This document shows, one piece after another, positions 30,977 through 40,944 of a DNA stretch of 64,000 nt (its first letter is position 1; every line of letters starts with the position of its first letter). The DNA comes from Pseudidiomarina sp. GTDB lineage: Bacteria > Pseudomonadota > Gammaproteobacteria > Enterobacterales > Alteromonadaceae. The notes below the pieces were generated by a model. The model was given only the letters and a program-made list of their open reading frames with translations. It was not told the DNA's origin and ran no database searches. A program made the translations under genes and the position numbers. The stretch spans positions 58,429 to 122,428 of the forward strand of contig JBLWXY010000001.1 in assembly GCA_048267225.1 (NCBI GenBank), given 5' to 3'.

Positions 30977-31555
30977 ATGAGCGAACAAGAAACTGATAAA
31001 GCGCTGGTGCTAAGAGTGCAGCAGGGCGACCAACAAGCGTTTAATCTGTTGGTGCAAAAATATCAGCACAAGGTAATGAGCCTGATTTCGCGTTACGTTA
31101 AACAGGCGGCTGATGTGCCTGATGTAGCACAAGAAGCTTTTGTGAAAGCTTACCGTGCGATAGGAAATTTTCGTGGTGATAGCGCGTTTTATACTTGGTT
31201 GTATCGTATTGCTGTCAACACGGCGAAAAACTACTTAGTTTCGCAAGGGCGCAAACCACCAGCGAGTGATGTTGATGCCGATGAAGCGGATTATTTGGAA
31301 GGCGCGGGCGCATTGCGCGACGCTGCTTCCCCTGAAAGTTTGTTGTTGACGGATGAAATTCGAAACGTGGTGATGAACACCATAGAGAATTTACCAGAAG
31401 ACCTTCGCCGCGCAATTACATTGCGAGAAATTGAAGGATTAGGGTACGAAGAAATTGCAATCGAGATGGATTGTCCTATCGGAACCGTACGGTCACGAAT
31501 TTTCCGAGCTCGAGAAGCAATCGATGCGCAACTAAGACCCTTATTAGAGCGCTAA
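30977..31555 (+). CDS. rpoE: RNA polymerase sigma factor RpoE (sigma-24)
   Basis: 192-aa ORF, near-identical in layout to E. coli RpoE (MSEQETDKALVLRVQQGDQQAFNLLVQKYQHKV...). Confidence 0.97.
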   Translation: MSEQETDKALVLRVQQGDQQAFNLLVQKYQHKVMSLISRYVKQAADVPDVAQEAFVKAYRAIGNFRGDSAFYTWLYRIAVNTAKNYLVSQGRKPPASDVDADEADYLEGAGALRDAASPESLLLTDEIRNVVMNTIENLPEDLRRAITLREIEGLGYEEIAIEMDCPIGTVRSRIFRAREAIDAQLRPLLER

Positions 31556-31575
31556 CACAGTATTGAGGAAACCAT

Positions 31576-32217
31576 ATGACAGACCGTAGCTATGAACAAC
31601 TATCAGCATTGCTTGACGATGCAGTGCTTGACGCTCGTGAGCGTGACCAGCACCTTGATAGTTTGTTGAGCGACACTGAAGCGCAGCGTGCCTGGGGGCG
31701 TTATGCGTTGATCGGTCGTATTATGAAGGACGAAGCACCAACATCGGCGCCGGTAGATATCAGTGCTTTGGTTGCTGCTGACATTGCGCAAGAACCTAAG
31801 CCAACGAATGTGGTGCAGGGCCGCTTTGGCAAAGGTCGGCAAATGGTACAGCGTTGGTTGCGTCCAGCAGGTAGTGTTGCCATAGCCGCGAGTGTCGCCT
31901 TGGTTGCCGTGATGACTGTACAACAAACGCAACCTGTCATGCCGGAAGAAAATTTAGAAAGTATGGAACCGGCCTTTGCAACAAATCCGTTTGGCGGCCG
32001 TAGCCCGGTTAGTTACAATACGGTGGTGCAGAGTGATGAACCGACTCAAGCTGAAATTGCGCAGCAACGACGCTTGTTGCAATTTTACCTGCTTGACCAC
32101 AACAATCAGCTCCAACTTTCATTGCAGGCACAGCAACTGAATGAACAATCGCAACAGCAAGAAGCAAAGGCAGAGATTGAACAATCACAGGAACAGCGCT
32201 TGTCGAATGACAACTAA
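31576..32217 (+). CDS. rseA: anti-sigma-E factor RseA
   Basis: 213-aa ORF. N-terminal LSALLDD anti-sigma motif, a central TM segment (GSVAIAASVALVAVMTV), Q-rich periplasmic tail. Follows rpoE. Confidence 0.9.
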   Translation: MTDRSYEQLSALLDDAVLDARERDQHLDSLLSDTEAQRAWGRYALIGRIMKDEAPTSAPVDISALVAADIAQEPKPTNVVQGRFGKGRQMVQRWLRPAGSVAIAASVALVAVMTVQQTQPVMPEENLESMEPAFATNPFGGRSPVSYNTVVQSDEPTQAEIAQQRRLLQFYLLDHNNQLQLSLQAQQLNEQSQQQEAKAEIEQSQEQRLSNDN

Positions 32218-33214
32218 TTTTCTCAGCAGCAGCCTCATGGGGCTGCTGCTCATGTTTGCCGTCCCCACACACGCTCAAGACACACCTAGCTCCGCTGGTG
32301 AACCTCGTCAGGAAAGCTCCATTACTGCCGCCGAGCAACGCTTCAACGAAATGGCGCAAGCCTTGCGCGAACTCAACTTTGAAGCCACCCTCGTCCGCAG
32401 CTCGGCGGGTCGACTCGAACCTATGCAATGGCTCCACGGGACCTTTCCCGATGGCCTCGAGGCTGAGCTCATAGTGATGCTCAATGGTCCCGATCGGCGT
32501 ATTGTTCGGTTAGGGCAAGAAACCTCTTATTATTCGCAGCTTGTGGAGCAATCCTACTCGGTCATCAGCGATGTCACTTACGGTTTACTTCCAGCAGCGT
32601 TCTATCAAGATTTCGCGGCACTAAAACCCCATTACCAAGTCAGCGCAGCGGACCGTGGCGTTCGTGTGGTCGGCCGTGAAACCAAGTTTCTGCGGGTACT
32701 GAGCCGTGATAATGACCGCTACCACTATGGTTTGTGGATCGATAATGATTCAGGGATGTTGTTAAAAATGCAGATGACAACGCCGCAAGGGGAAATCTTA
32801 GAACAACTGCAAGTGACGCATTTTTATGAAACTGAATCTATCCCTATTAGTTTGAGTGATGTGCGCGGCGTGCAAAGGCCTCCTTATATAGTCGATAGCC
32901 GCAGCCGGCAGGCACCACAATTCGCAGCGCGCCCGCAATGGCTACCGTCAGGCTTTGAGTTGCAGCGTTCAAACCACAGATTACTAGCGCAGACACGACT
33001 GCCCACTGACCACTTTTTGTATAGTGATGGGCTGACGGAGTTTTCGCTCTATGTTTCGGAAGGCGATGTTCAGACCTTGCCGCAGCTTGGTATCCAAGGC
33101 CCTGAGTCCATATATAACGTTCAAATTCAAGGGCTTGCCGTCACTGTTGTGGGTAAATTGCCGGTAAGTACGCTGCAGCGCATTGCCGACAGCGTTAGCG
33201 TTACTACAGAATAG
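32207..33214 (+). CDS. rseB: sigma-E regulatory protein RseB
   Basis: Start at ATG 32207 gives the signal peptide MTTNFLSSSLMGLLLMFAVPTHAQD. The track start 32141 lies inside rseA. MucB/RseB layout and position. Confidence 0.9.
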   Translation: MTTNFLSSSLMGLLLMFAVPTHAQDTPSSAGEPRQESSITAAEQRFNEMAQALRELNFEATLVRSSAGRLEPMQWLHGTFPDGLEAELIVMLNGPDRRIVRLGQETSYYSQLVEQSYSVISDVTYGLLPAAFYQDFAALKPHYQVSAADRGVRVVGRETKFLRVLSRDNDRYHYGLWIDNDSGMLLKMQMTTPQGEILEQLQVTHFYETESIPISLSDVRGVQRPPYIVDSRSRQAPQFAARPQWLPSGFELQRSNHRLLAQTRLPTDHFLYSDGLTEFSLYVSEGDVQTLPQLGIQGPESIYNVQIQGLAVTVVGKLPVSTLQRIADSVSVTTE

Positions 33215-33224
33215 GGCGCCTGGC

Positions 33225-33659
33225 ATGATTCGTGAAGTGGCAGTAGTACAAGCGATTGAGGCTGACTTCTTGCAAGTGTCAACGGAGTTAAAGACCGGCT
33301 GTGGGGGCTGTGCGCAACAATCAACTTGTGGCGCTGGTATTATCTCTAAAGCTTTTTCTGACCGTCGTGCGACGTTTCGTGTCGCGCGGCCGCAGGGGCA
33401 GTTCACGGTCGGTGAAACAGTGGAACTGTTAATGCCGGAACAAGCCTTAACGCAAGCGTCTTTGCTCATTTACGGGGTGCCATTGCTGGCGCTTTTAAGC
33501 GTTGCGATTGTCGCGCAAACATTGCTTGGTTTGCCTGAGGGCATGAGTATTCTGTTGGCGTTAGTTGGCTTTGCCGCGAGCTTCGTTGGCCTCAAGCGTT
33601 GGTACCAAATGCGTGATTTGCAAGTGACGCAATTACTGCAAGTTCGTCAGTTGCAGTGA
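33225..33659 (+). CDS. rseC: SoxR-reducing system / sigma-E regulatory protein RseC
   Basis: Start at ATG 33225 (MIREVAVVQAIEADFLQV...). CGGCAQQSTCG motif and two C-terminal TM helices. Follows rseB. Confidence 0.88.
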   Translation: MIREVAVVQAIEADFLQVSTELKTGCGGCAQQSTCGAGIISKAFSDRRATFRVARPQGQFTVGETVELLMPEQALTQASLLIYGVPLLALLSVAIVAQTLLGLPEGMSILLALVGFAASFVGLKRWYQMRDLQVTQLLQVRQLQ

Positions 33660-33676
33660 AATCCTCCGAAAATCCT

Positions 33677-33704
33677 TTGTTCTGAGTCGTATTATCAGTA
33701 TGAT
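33677..33704 (+). promoter_or_regulatory. candidate sigma70 promoter for the lepA-lepB-rnc-era-recO-pdxJ string
   Basis: TTGTTC (33677-33682), 16-nt spacer, TATGAT (33699-33704). By-eye match only. Confidence 0.3.
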
Positions 33705-33748
33705 CAGCGGTTATTCACGTATTTCTTTTAGCAGTTGCGGGGGCATGA

Positions 33749-35560
33749 ATGCCAGACAAGGCGTTTAAGCAGGCGAATATTCGAAATTTCTCGATCATCG
33801 CACATATTGATCATGGTAAATCTACGTTGTCAGACCGGCTGATTCAGCATTGTGGTGGTTTGACCGATCGTGAAATGGCCGAGCAGGTACTCGACTCGAT
33901 GGACCTTGAGCGTGAGCGCGGGATCACCATCAAAGCACAAAGTGTCACCTTGCATTACACCGCAAGTGATGGCGAAACCTATCAACTCAACTTCATCGAC
34001 ACGCCAGGGCACGTTGACTTCTCTTATGAGGTTTCACGTAGTCTCGCTGGTTGTGAAGGGGCTTTGTTGGTGGTGGATGCCGCCCAAGGTGTTGAAGCAC
34101 AGACGTTGGCGAATTGCTACACCGCCATCGAAATGGATCTTGAGGTGGTGCCGGTACTCAACAAGATTGACTTGCCACAAGCCGACCCCATGCGCGTTGC
34201 TGAAGAGATCGAAGACATCGTTGGCATCGAAGCGATTGACGCAGTGCAGTGTTCAGCAAAAACGGGCGTCGGTATTGACGAAGTTTTAGAACGTATTGTG
34301 CAGCAAATCCCAGCGCCACAAGGCGATCCGGATGAACCGCTCCAGGCGCTGATTATTGACTCATGGTTTGATAATTATCAGGGCGTTGTTTCCTTGGTTC
34401 GCGTTAAGAACGGCACCTTGCGGGCGGGCGACAAAATGAAAGTCATGTCGACCGGACAGACCCATCAAATCGATAAAGTCGGCTTTTTCTCGCCAAAACC
34501 TACCGAAACAGGCATTTTGCGCTGTGGTGAAGTAGGTTTCGTGATTGCCGGTATTAAAGATATCTTGGGTGCCCCTGTAGGCGATACCCTTACTTTGGCA
34601 AAATCGCCAGCAGAAAAGCCATTACCGGGCTTTAAAAAAGTAAAGCCACAGGTATATGCAGGGATGTTCCCCATTTCCTCTGATGATTACGAGAACTTCC
34701 GTGATGCGTTAGGAAAGCTGTCGCTTAATGATGCCTCGTTGTTTTATGAACCGGAAAATTCCGCCGCTTTGGGCTTCGGCTTCCGTTGTGGTTTCCTTGG
34801 TATGTTGCACATGGAAATCATTCAAGAACGCTTGGAACGGGAATACGACATCGACCTCATTACCACTGCACCGACTGTGGTGTACAAGGTGATAAAAACC
34901 GATGGCAGCGAAGTTAGCGTTGATAATCCTTCAAATTTACCGCCGATCAACGACATTGAAGAAATTTACGAGCCGATTGTTGAAGCCAATATTCTCGTGC
35001 CCCAAGAATATTTGGGTAACGTTATTACGCTTTGCGTGGATAAACGTGGTGTGCAAACGAAAATGGCTTATCACGGTAAGCAGGTTGCCGTGACCTACGA
35101 ATTGCCAATGGCTGAAGTGGTGATGGACTTCTTTGACCGCTTGAAATCCACCTCGCGTGGTTATGCTTCATTGGACTATCAGTTTAAACGCTTCCAAGAA
35201 GCAGACATGGTGCGAGTAGACGTTTTGATCAATGGCGATCGCGTCGACGCTCTGGCCATGATCACCCACCGTGACCATGCTCAAGGCCGCGGACGTGAAC
35301 TTGTCGATAAGATGCGTGAACTGATCCCACGGCAAATGTTTGATATTGCGATTCAAGCGACCATCGGCAATCACGTTATTGCGCGTTCAACGGTCAAACA
35401 GTTACGTAAAAACGTGACTGCAAAATGTTATGGCGGTGACGTTAGCCGTAAGAAAAAGCTGTTACAGAAGCAGAAAGAAGGTAAGAAGCGGATGAAGCAG
35501 CTGGGTAATGTTGAGGTTCCGCAAGAGGCCTTCCTCGCGGTACTCAAAGTAGGGAAATAA
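33749..35560 (+). CDS. lepA: translation elongation factor 4 (LepA)
   Basis: 603-aa ORF. GTPase G1-G4 motifs ([18 protein letters not shown]) and the LepA-specific C-terminal domain. Confidence 0.97.
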   Translation: MPDKAFKQANIRNFSIIAHIDHGKSTLSDRLIQHCGGLTDREMAEQVLDSMDLERERGITIKAQSVTLHYTASDGETYQLNFIDTPGHVDFSYEVSRSLAGCEGALLVVDAAQGVEAQTLANCYTAIEMDLEVVPVLNKIDLPQADPMRVAEEIEDIVGIEAIDAVQCSAKTGVGIDEVLERIVQQIPAPQGDPDEPLQALIIDSWFDNYQGVVSLVRVKNGTLRAGDKMKVMSTGQTHQIDKVGFFSPKPTETGILRCGEVGFVIAGIKDILGAPVGDTLTLAKSPAEKPLPGFKKVKPQVYAGMFPISSDDYENFRDALGKLSLNDASLFYEPENSAALGFGFRCGFLGMLHMEIIQERLEREYDIDLITTAPTVVYKVIKTDGSEVSVDNPSNLPPINDIEEIYEPIVEANILVPQEYLGNVITLCVDKRGVQTKMAYHGKQVAVTYELPMAEVVMDFFDRLKSTSRGYASLDYQFKRFQEADMVRVDVLINGDRVDALAMITHRDHAQGRGRELVDKMRELIPRQMFDIAIQATIGNHVIARSTVKQLRKNVTAKCYGGDVSRKKKLLQKQKEGKKRMKQLGNVEVPQEAFLAVLKVGK

Positions 35561-35574
35561 CAACAAGGTACAAC

Positions 35575-36498
35575 ATGGCAAACTTTTACTCAGTGCTATT
35601 GACCGCGATTACGCTCGTGGCGGGCTTGATTTGGTTGTACGACGCGCGGGTGGCAAAACCCAAGCGTCGTGCGCGTATCGAAGCTGAAGAGAAACGTTTA
35701 CAACAAACGCTTTCTGACGACGCCAAAGAGCGTATTGCGCCGCAAGGGAGCGTTGCTGAGTTTGCCCAGTCGGTGTTTCCGATATTGTTTGTCATTTTAA
35801 TCTTGCGCTCGTTTGTGTATGAACCGTTTCGCATTCCCTCCGCATCCATGATGCCAACTTTGTTGGAAGGCGATTTTATTCTGGTGGAAAAATTCAGCTA
35901 TAGCTTGCGCGATCCAATTTGGCGTACCAAGCTGGTTGATATAGATACACCAGAACGTGGTGATGTTGCCGTATTTAAATTTCCACCCGAGCCGAGCCTC
36001 GACTTTATTAAGCGTATTGTCGGGCTGCCAGGTGATCGCATTATTTATCGAAACAAAACCTTGTATATTCAACCGGCGTGCGCTGAAAGCATGACCCAAT
36101 GTCCGGAACTGGAAGTCATTGAGCGCAATCTCGAGCGCACCGACGGTATTTTCTTTAATGGCGCGACACCATTACAGCAATTCCGTGAACAACTTGGCGA
36201 TGTTTCCCATGCGACCCTAGTTGATCCAACCGTGGGTAATCGGGCGAAGTATTACTTTCAACAAAGTGGCACAGCGCGTGATGAATGGATTGTGCCTCAA
36301 GGCGCTTACTTCGCCATGGGCGACAATCGCGATAACTCAGAAGATAGCCGTTATTGGGGCTTTGTTCCGGAAGAGAATTTAGTTGGCCGTGCGGTGTTTA
36401 TTTGGATGAGTTTCGAAATGGACCGCAAAGCATCAAGTGTATTGCCACAGTGGGTGCCAACGGGTATTCGTTGGCAACGACTTGGAGGAGTAGAGTAA
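35575..36498 (+). CDS. lepB: signal peptidase I
   Basis: 307-aa ORF. Catalytic Ser block IPSASMMPTL, Lys block FIKRIVGLPGD, GDNRDNSEDSRYWGFVP box. Confidence 0.96.
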   Translation: MANFYSVLLTAITLVAGLIWLYDARVAKPKRRARIEAEEKRLQQTLSDDAKERIAPQGSVAEFAQSVFPILFVILILRSFVYEPFRIPSASMMPTLLEGDFILVEKFSYSLRDPIWRTKLVDIDTPERGDVAVFKFPPEPSLDFIKRIVGLPGDRIIYRNKTLYIQPACAESMTQCPELEVIERNLERTDGIFFNGATPLQQFREQLGDVSHATLVDPTVGNRAKYYFQQSGTARDEWIVPQGAYFAMGDNRDNSEDSRYWGFVPEENLVGRAVFIWMSFEMDRKASSVLPQWVPTGIRWQRLGGVE

Positions 36499-36500
36499 TC

Positions 36501-37205
36501 GTGAGCTTACCAAAGCCACCCTTACGTGAATTAGAAAAAGCTTTTGGTTATACCTTTCGAGACCGTGAGCGTGCTGAACAGGCGCTTACTCATCGAAGTG
36601 CGGCTGCGCAGCACAATGAACGCCTGGAGTTTTTAGGTGATTCGGTGCTCGGCATTATTGTCAGCGAGGCGCTGTTCGAGAAATTTCCAAAGATCGATGA
36701 GGGTGATTTAAGTCGCATGCGGGCCACCTTAGTCTGTGGCCGCAATCTTGCCAAAATCGCACAGCGTTTTGAAATTGGTAAATTTTTAGTACTAGGTCCC
36801 GGTGAAATGAAAAGCGGTGGACATAGGCGCGAGTCCATTTTAGCGGACGCTATGGAAGCCTTGTTAGGTGCCATGTACCTCGAAAGTGATTTGGAAACCT
36901 GCCGTGTTGTGGTCCTCAACTGGCTTGCCGATCAACTCAAAACCATTCAGCCGGGCGCTGGGCATAAAGATCCGAAAACCCGCCTGCAGGAGTATTTGCA
37001 AGCACAGCAACTACAGCTTCCGGTTTATGATGTGGTTACCATTCAAGGCCAAGCACATAATCAACGTTTCACCGTGAGTTGCACGGTGGCGCCCTTGAGC
37101 GAACCCGTTTTGGGCTCGGGCACGAGTCGTCGTAAAGCCGAACAGCAGGCTGCGACGCAAACTTTAGAGATGTTGCAAGCGCAACAGGAGAATAAGAATG
37201 CCTGA
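36501..37205 (+). CDS. rnc: ribonuclease III
   Basis: GTG 36501 is 10 nt after GGAGGAG and 2 nt after the lepB stop. RNase III signature [13 protein letters not shown] and a C-terminal dsRBD. The track start 36354 lies inside lepB. Confidence 0.93.
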   Translation: MSLPKPPLRELEKAFGYTFRDRERAEQALTHRSAAAQHNERLEFLGDSVLGIIVSEALFEKFPKIDEGDLSRMRATLVCGRNLAKIAQRFEIGKFLVLGPGEMKSGGHRRESILADAMEALLGAMYLESDLETCRVVVLNWLADQLKTIQPGAGHKDPKTRLQEYLQAQQLQLPVYDVVTIQGQAHNQRFTVSCTVAPLSEPVLGSGTSRRKAEQQAATQTLEMLQAQQENKNA

Positions 37206-38124
37206 CACAATGCCAGAAGCGCAGGGCGACATGACCTCTGCATCCGCGTTCGTTGCGATTGTTGGCCGACCAAATGTTGGTAAATCAACGTTAATGAATC
37301 GTATTTTAGGGCAAAAGATCAGCATCACGTCGAGCAAGCCGCAAACTACTCGGCATCGCATCCTTGGGATTGAAACTGAGGGTGAACGCCAAATTGTTTA
37401 TGTCGATACACCTGGCTTGCATAAAGACGAGAAAAAAGCCATTAATCGCATGATGAACCGCGCGGCTTCGAGCTCCATGAGCGGGGTCGAGGTCGTCTTA
37501 TTTGTGATAGAGGCGGAACGCTGGACCCAAGAAGATGATTTGGTGTTGGGCAAGTTAAAGAAATCCCAGCGGCCGGTGATTTTAGTCGTCAATAAGATTG
37601 ATCAGATTAAAGATAAAGAAGCCTTGTTGCCATTGTTACAAAAGCTTTCGGCACGTCATGAGTTTGCCGAAATCATTCCGTTATCGGCAAAAACTGGCGC
37701 CCAAGTCGACGCTTTACGCAGCCTTGTGCATGCCTACGCGAAACCTGGTGTCCATCATTACCCGGATGATTATGTGACCGATCGGTCATTGCGGTTTATG
37801 ACCGCTGAAATTATTCGTGAGAAACTCATGCGCTTTACCGGTGATGAATTACCGTACAGCACCACGGTAGAAATCGAGCGTTTTCAAACCGCACCTACGG
37901 GCACAACCCACATTAACGCGCTTATCTTGGTTGAACGAGATGGGCAAAAGCGGATGGTGATTGGTTCTGGTGGTAGTAAGTTGAAAACCGTAGGTAGTGA
38001 AGCGCGGCGTGATATCGAACATCTCATTGATGGTAAAGTCCACTTGGAACTTTGGGTCAAGGTGAAAAGTGGTTGGGCCGACGATGAGCGGGCGTTGCGC
38101 AGTCTTGGCTATAACGAGGATTAG
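37198..38124 (+). CDS. era: GTPase Era
   Basis: 308-aa [17 protein letters not shown]-loop, DTPG, NKID and a KH domain. 8-nt overlap with rnc. AGGAG 7 nt upstream. Confidence 0.95.
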   Translation: MPDTMPEAQGDMTSASAFVAIVGRPNVGKSTLMNRILGQKISITSSKPQTTRHRILGIETEGERQIVYVDTPGLHKDEKKAINRMMNRAASSSMSGVEVVLFVIEAERWTQEDDLVLGKLKKSQRPVILVVNKIDQIKDKEALLPLLQKLSARHEFAEIIPLSAKTGAQVDALRSLVHAYAKPGVHHYPDDYVTDRSLRFMTAEIIREKLMRFTGDELPYSTTVEIERFQTAPTGTTHINALILVERDGQKRMVIGSGGSKLKTVGSEARRDIEHLIDGKVHLELWVKVKSGWADDERALRSLGYNED

Positions 38125-38129
38125 TCCGC

Positions 38130-38825
38130 GTGGAACCGGCCTTTGTATTGCACCGATGGCCTTTTCAAGACTCTAGCTTATTGGTCGAGTTACTCACCAA
38201 GGAGCATGGCCGTTACCGTGTGGTAGCAAAAGGGGCGCGCCGGCCAAAAAGCTCATGGCGAGCCATCCTACAGCCTTTCACGCCGCTATTGATAGCCAGC
38301 CAAGGTCGTCACGAATTACAAACACTTAAGCATGCTGAAAGCAGCGCGAATGCCTATCCTTTGCAGGGTAACGCGCTGTACAGTGGTTTTTATCTGAATG
38401 AATTAGTGCAACGCCTGACCTCAAATTACCAGCCGATTGACGGACTCTTCACCGACTACCAGAACGCACTTCACGCCTTAGCTCAGCGACAAGCTATAGA
38501 GCCGGTGCTGCGTGAATTTGAGTGGCGATTACTCTGTCACATGGGGCATGGCTTCGATTGGTTTGCTGACAGTGAAGGTGATCCAATCGATGCACAACGC
38601 TACTATCGTTTTCATGCAGAACAAGGGTTTTCACCTGTCGCCGAAGCCTTACCCGGGTGTTTTTCTGGGGCAACCTTACAGGCTCTGGGAGCATTTGAGC
38701 TAGGTGATTCCCAGCTGCTAAACTCTATGAAGCAGATTATGCGGCAAGCGCTCGCTCCCTATCTAGGGGAGCAACCACTACGTAGCCGTGAACTTTTTAA
38801 ACAGCTAAATACGCATAAATCATAA
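38130..38825 (+). CDS. recO: DNA repair protein RecO
   Basis: 231-aa ORF with GTG start. [35 protein letters not shown] is collinear with E. coli RecO. Confidence 0.92.
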   Translation: MEPAFVLHRWPFQDSSLLVELLTKEHGRYRVVAKGARRPKSSWRAILQPFTPLLIASQGRHELQTLKHAESSANAYPLQGNALYSGFYLNELVQRLTSNYQPIDGLFTDYQNALHALAQRQAIEPVLREFEWRLLCHMGHGFDWFADSEGDPIDAQRYYRFHAEQGFSPVAEALPGCFSGATLQALGAFELGDSQLLNSMKQIMRQALAPYLGEQPLRSRELFKQLNTHKS

Positions 38826-38835
38826 GGAAGAACTG

Positions 38836-39597
38836 ATGCATCATGCGCCATTAGGTAATTCGATTTTATTGGGCGTCAATATTGATCATGTCGCGACTGT
38901 ACGTAATGCGCGTGGTGTGAGTTATCCCGATCCGGTCACCGCCGCTGCTATTGCTGAACAAGCCGGCGCTGACGGTATTACCATTCATTTACGTGAAGAT
39001 CGCCGCCATATTATCGACCGTGATGTCGAACTCTTAGCCCAGACGCTGCAAACACGAATGAATCTAGAGATGGCTGTCACTGAAGAAATGCTCAAGATTG
39101 CGTGTCGCGTCAAACCTGCTTATGTGTGCTTGGTGCCGGAAAAGCGCGAGGAGCTTACGACTGAAGGTGGGCTTGATGTTGCTGGGCAGCAAGACAAAAT
39201 TAAAGCGGCTGTTGAACGCTTGGGTGAGCAGGGGATTCAAACCTCATTGTTCATCGATGCTGACGAAAAACAGATCGACGCTGCGGTAGCCACCGGTGCA
39301 ACCATTATTGAATTACATACGGGGCATTACGCGGAGCAAACCGACGTTAGTGAACAGCAACGCAGTTTATTATTGCTGCACGATGCGGCCAAGTACGCTC
39401 AAGCCAAGGGACTGCAAGTTAATGCCGGACATGGCCTGCATTACCACAATACTGCCGCAGTCGCCGCGTTACCTGAGTTGGTTGAATTGAACATTGGCCA
39501 TGCGATTATTGCCCGTGCGGTGCTGGTGGGATTAGACCAAGCCGTGCGCGATATGAAAGCAATTATGTTGCAGGCGCGTACCGCGGGACCGCAATAG
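38836..39597 (+). CDS. pdxJ: pyridoxine 5'-phosphate synthase
   Basis: 253-aa [19 protein letters not shown] and HLREDRRHI motifs. Confidence 0.96.
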   Translation: MHHAPLGNSILLGVNIDHVATVRNARGVSYPDPVTAAAIAEQAGADGITIHLREDRRHIIDRDVELLAQTLQTRMNLEMAVTEEMLKIACRVKPAYVCLVPEKREELTTEGGLDVAGQQDKIKAAVERLGEQGIQTSLFIDADEKQIDAAVATGATIIELHTGHYAEQTDVSEQQRSLLLLHDAAKYAQAKGLQVNAGHGLHYHNTAAVAALPELVELNIGHAIIARAVLVGLDQAVRDMKAIMLQARTAGPQ

Positions 39598-39601
39598 GCG
39601 C

Positions 39602-40942
39602 ATGGCACAATTTTATTCGAGCCGTCGTTCCGGCAGAGGTAAAGTTCAACGTCAAGCGCCGGCCGCGCCACTGCAGCAACAAAAGGTTGTGGGTCTTGAT
39701 CACCAAGGGCGAGGCGTGGTGCGCAGTGATCGCGGGGTACGTTTTGTCAGTGGTGCCTTAGCGGGTGAAATTATCGATTTGCAACCGCAAGGTAAGTACC
39801 AAGGTGACTTATTACAGGTGCATCGTACGGCTGCGGAACGGGTCGAACCCGCCTGTAAGTATTATGGCGAATGTGGTGGCTGTGATTTGCAGCACCTTGC
39901 GCTGGCTGCACAGCGCACCCACAAGCAACAAGTGGTCAGCGAATTATTGGCAAAGTTTGCTGGCCTAACAGCGCAGCAATGGCTAGCGCCTATGACTGCC
40001 GGTGCCTGGAGTTATCGACGACGGCTACGCTTAGCGACGCATTGGGATGCCAAGCGCAAGCGATTACGCATAGGCTTGCGGGCAAAGGCGAGCAAAACCA
40101 TTGTTGAAATCGATGCCTGTGCCATTGCGATTGCCGAACTCAATGCCTTGCTACAGCAGTTAAGGGCACTGCTTCCCAAGTTACAATTGGTAAGTCAGTT
40201 AGGCCACATCGAGATTTTGCAAACCAACCGGCGCATTGTTGTATTGCGTCTGCAATCGTCACCATCAGCGAGCGACCGCGCCGAGCTTGAGCATTTCGCT
40301 CAGGATAACGCCGTCGATCTATGGTTGCATTGCGGTGCAGCGACGTCTGCGCCGCAACCCTTAGTTGCCACACAGCCATTACCCACTTATTCATCCAATG
40401 GCGTGGAACTGGACTTTCAACCCGGTGATTTTTTACAAGCGCAAGCAGAATTGAGTGAACAAATGGTCGCGCAAGCACTCGCTTGGTTAGCGCCGCAGAG
40501 CGGTGAGAGCATTTTAGAATTGTATGCCGGAAGCGGTAATTTCACCCTGCCCATGGCATTGCAGGGGGCCCAGGTTACGGCGATTGAGGGGGTTCCCTCC
40601 ATGGTGCAGCGACTGCAACAAAATGCACAACGCCATGCAGTGAGCGTGCATGCATTTCATGCCGATTTAGAACAAGACTGGGCCAACTATGATTGGGCGA
40701 CAACAGCCTTCACTAAAGTGCTGCTCGATCCCGCTCGGGCCGGTGCCCCTCATGCCATTCACGAAGTAGCACAACGGCAACCGCAACGGATCATTTATGT
40801 CTCATGTGCGCCCGATACCTTAGCGCGCGACGCTAAAGTCCTAGCGGCCGCCGGATATGCCTTGCGCCAAGCACAAATCATTGACATGTTCCCGCAAACC
40901 CATCACATTGAGTGTTTGACGTGGTTTGAACGGGAGGCATAG
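39602..40942 (+). CDS. rlmD: 23S rRNA (uracil1939-C5)-methyltransferase RlmD (RumA)
   Basis: 446-aa ORF. MAQFYSS N-terminus as in E. coli RlmD, Fe-S Cys cluster CKYYGECGGCDLQH, SAM-MTase C-domain with a catalytic Cys (YVSCAP). Confidence 0.93.
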   Translation: MAQFYSSRRSGRGKVQRQAPAAPLQQQKVVGLDHQGRGVVRSDRGVRFVSGALAGEIIDLQPQGKYQGDLLQVHRTAAERVEPACKYYGECGGCDLQHLALAAQRTHKQQVVSELLAKFAGLTAQQWLAPMTAGAWSYRRRLRLATHWDAKRKRLRIGLRAKASKTIVEIDACAIAIAELNALLQQLRALLPKLQLVSQLGHIEILQTNRRIVVLRLQSSPSASDRAELEHFAQDNAVDLWLHCGAATSAPQPLVATQPLPTYSSNGVELDFQPGDFLQAQAELSEQMVAQALAWLAPQSGESILELYAGSGNFTLPMALQGAQVTAIEGVPSMVQRLQQNAQRHAVSVHAFHADLEQDWANYDWATTAFTKVLLDPARAGAPHAIHEVAQRQPQRIIYVSCAPDTLARDAKVLAAAGYALRQAQIIDMFPQTHHIECLTWFEREA

Positions 40943-40944
40943 CC

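Noticed and set aside
36354-36500. Track ORF start for rnc inside lepB. Similar extended starts occur for rseB (32141), rseC (33183), mazG (43028), truD (49882), sapF (62650), skp (12617) and dxr (7481).
   Set aside because: In each case a downstream start with a proper SD reproduces the orthologue N-terminus. The extra codons lie within the preceding gene in another frame.
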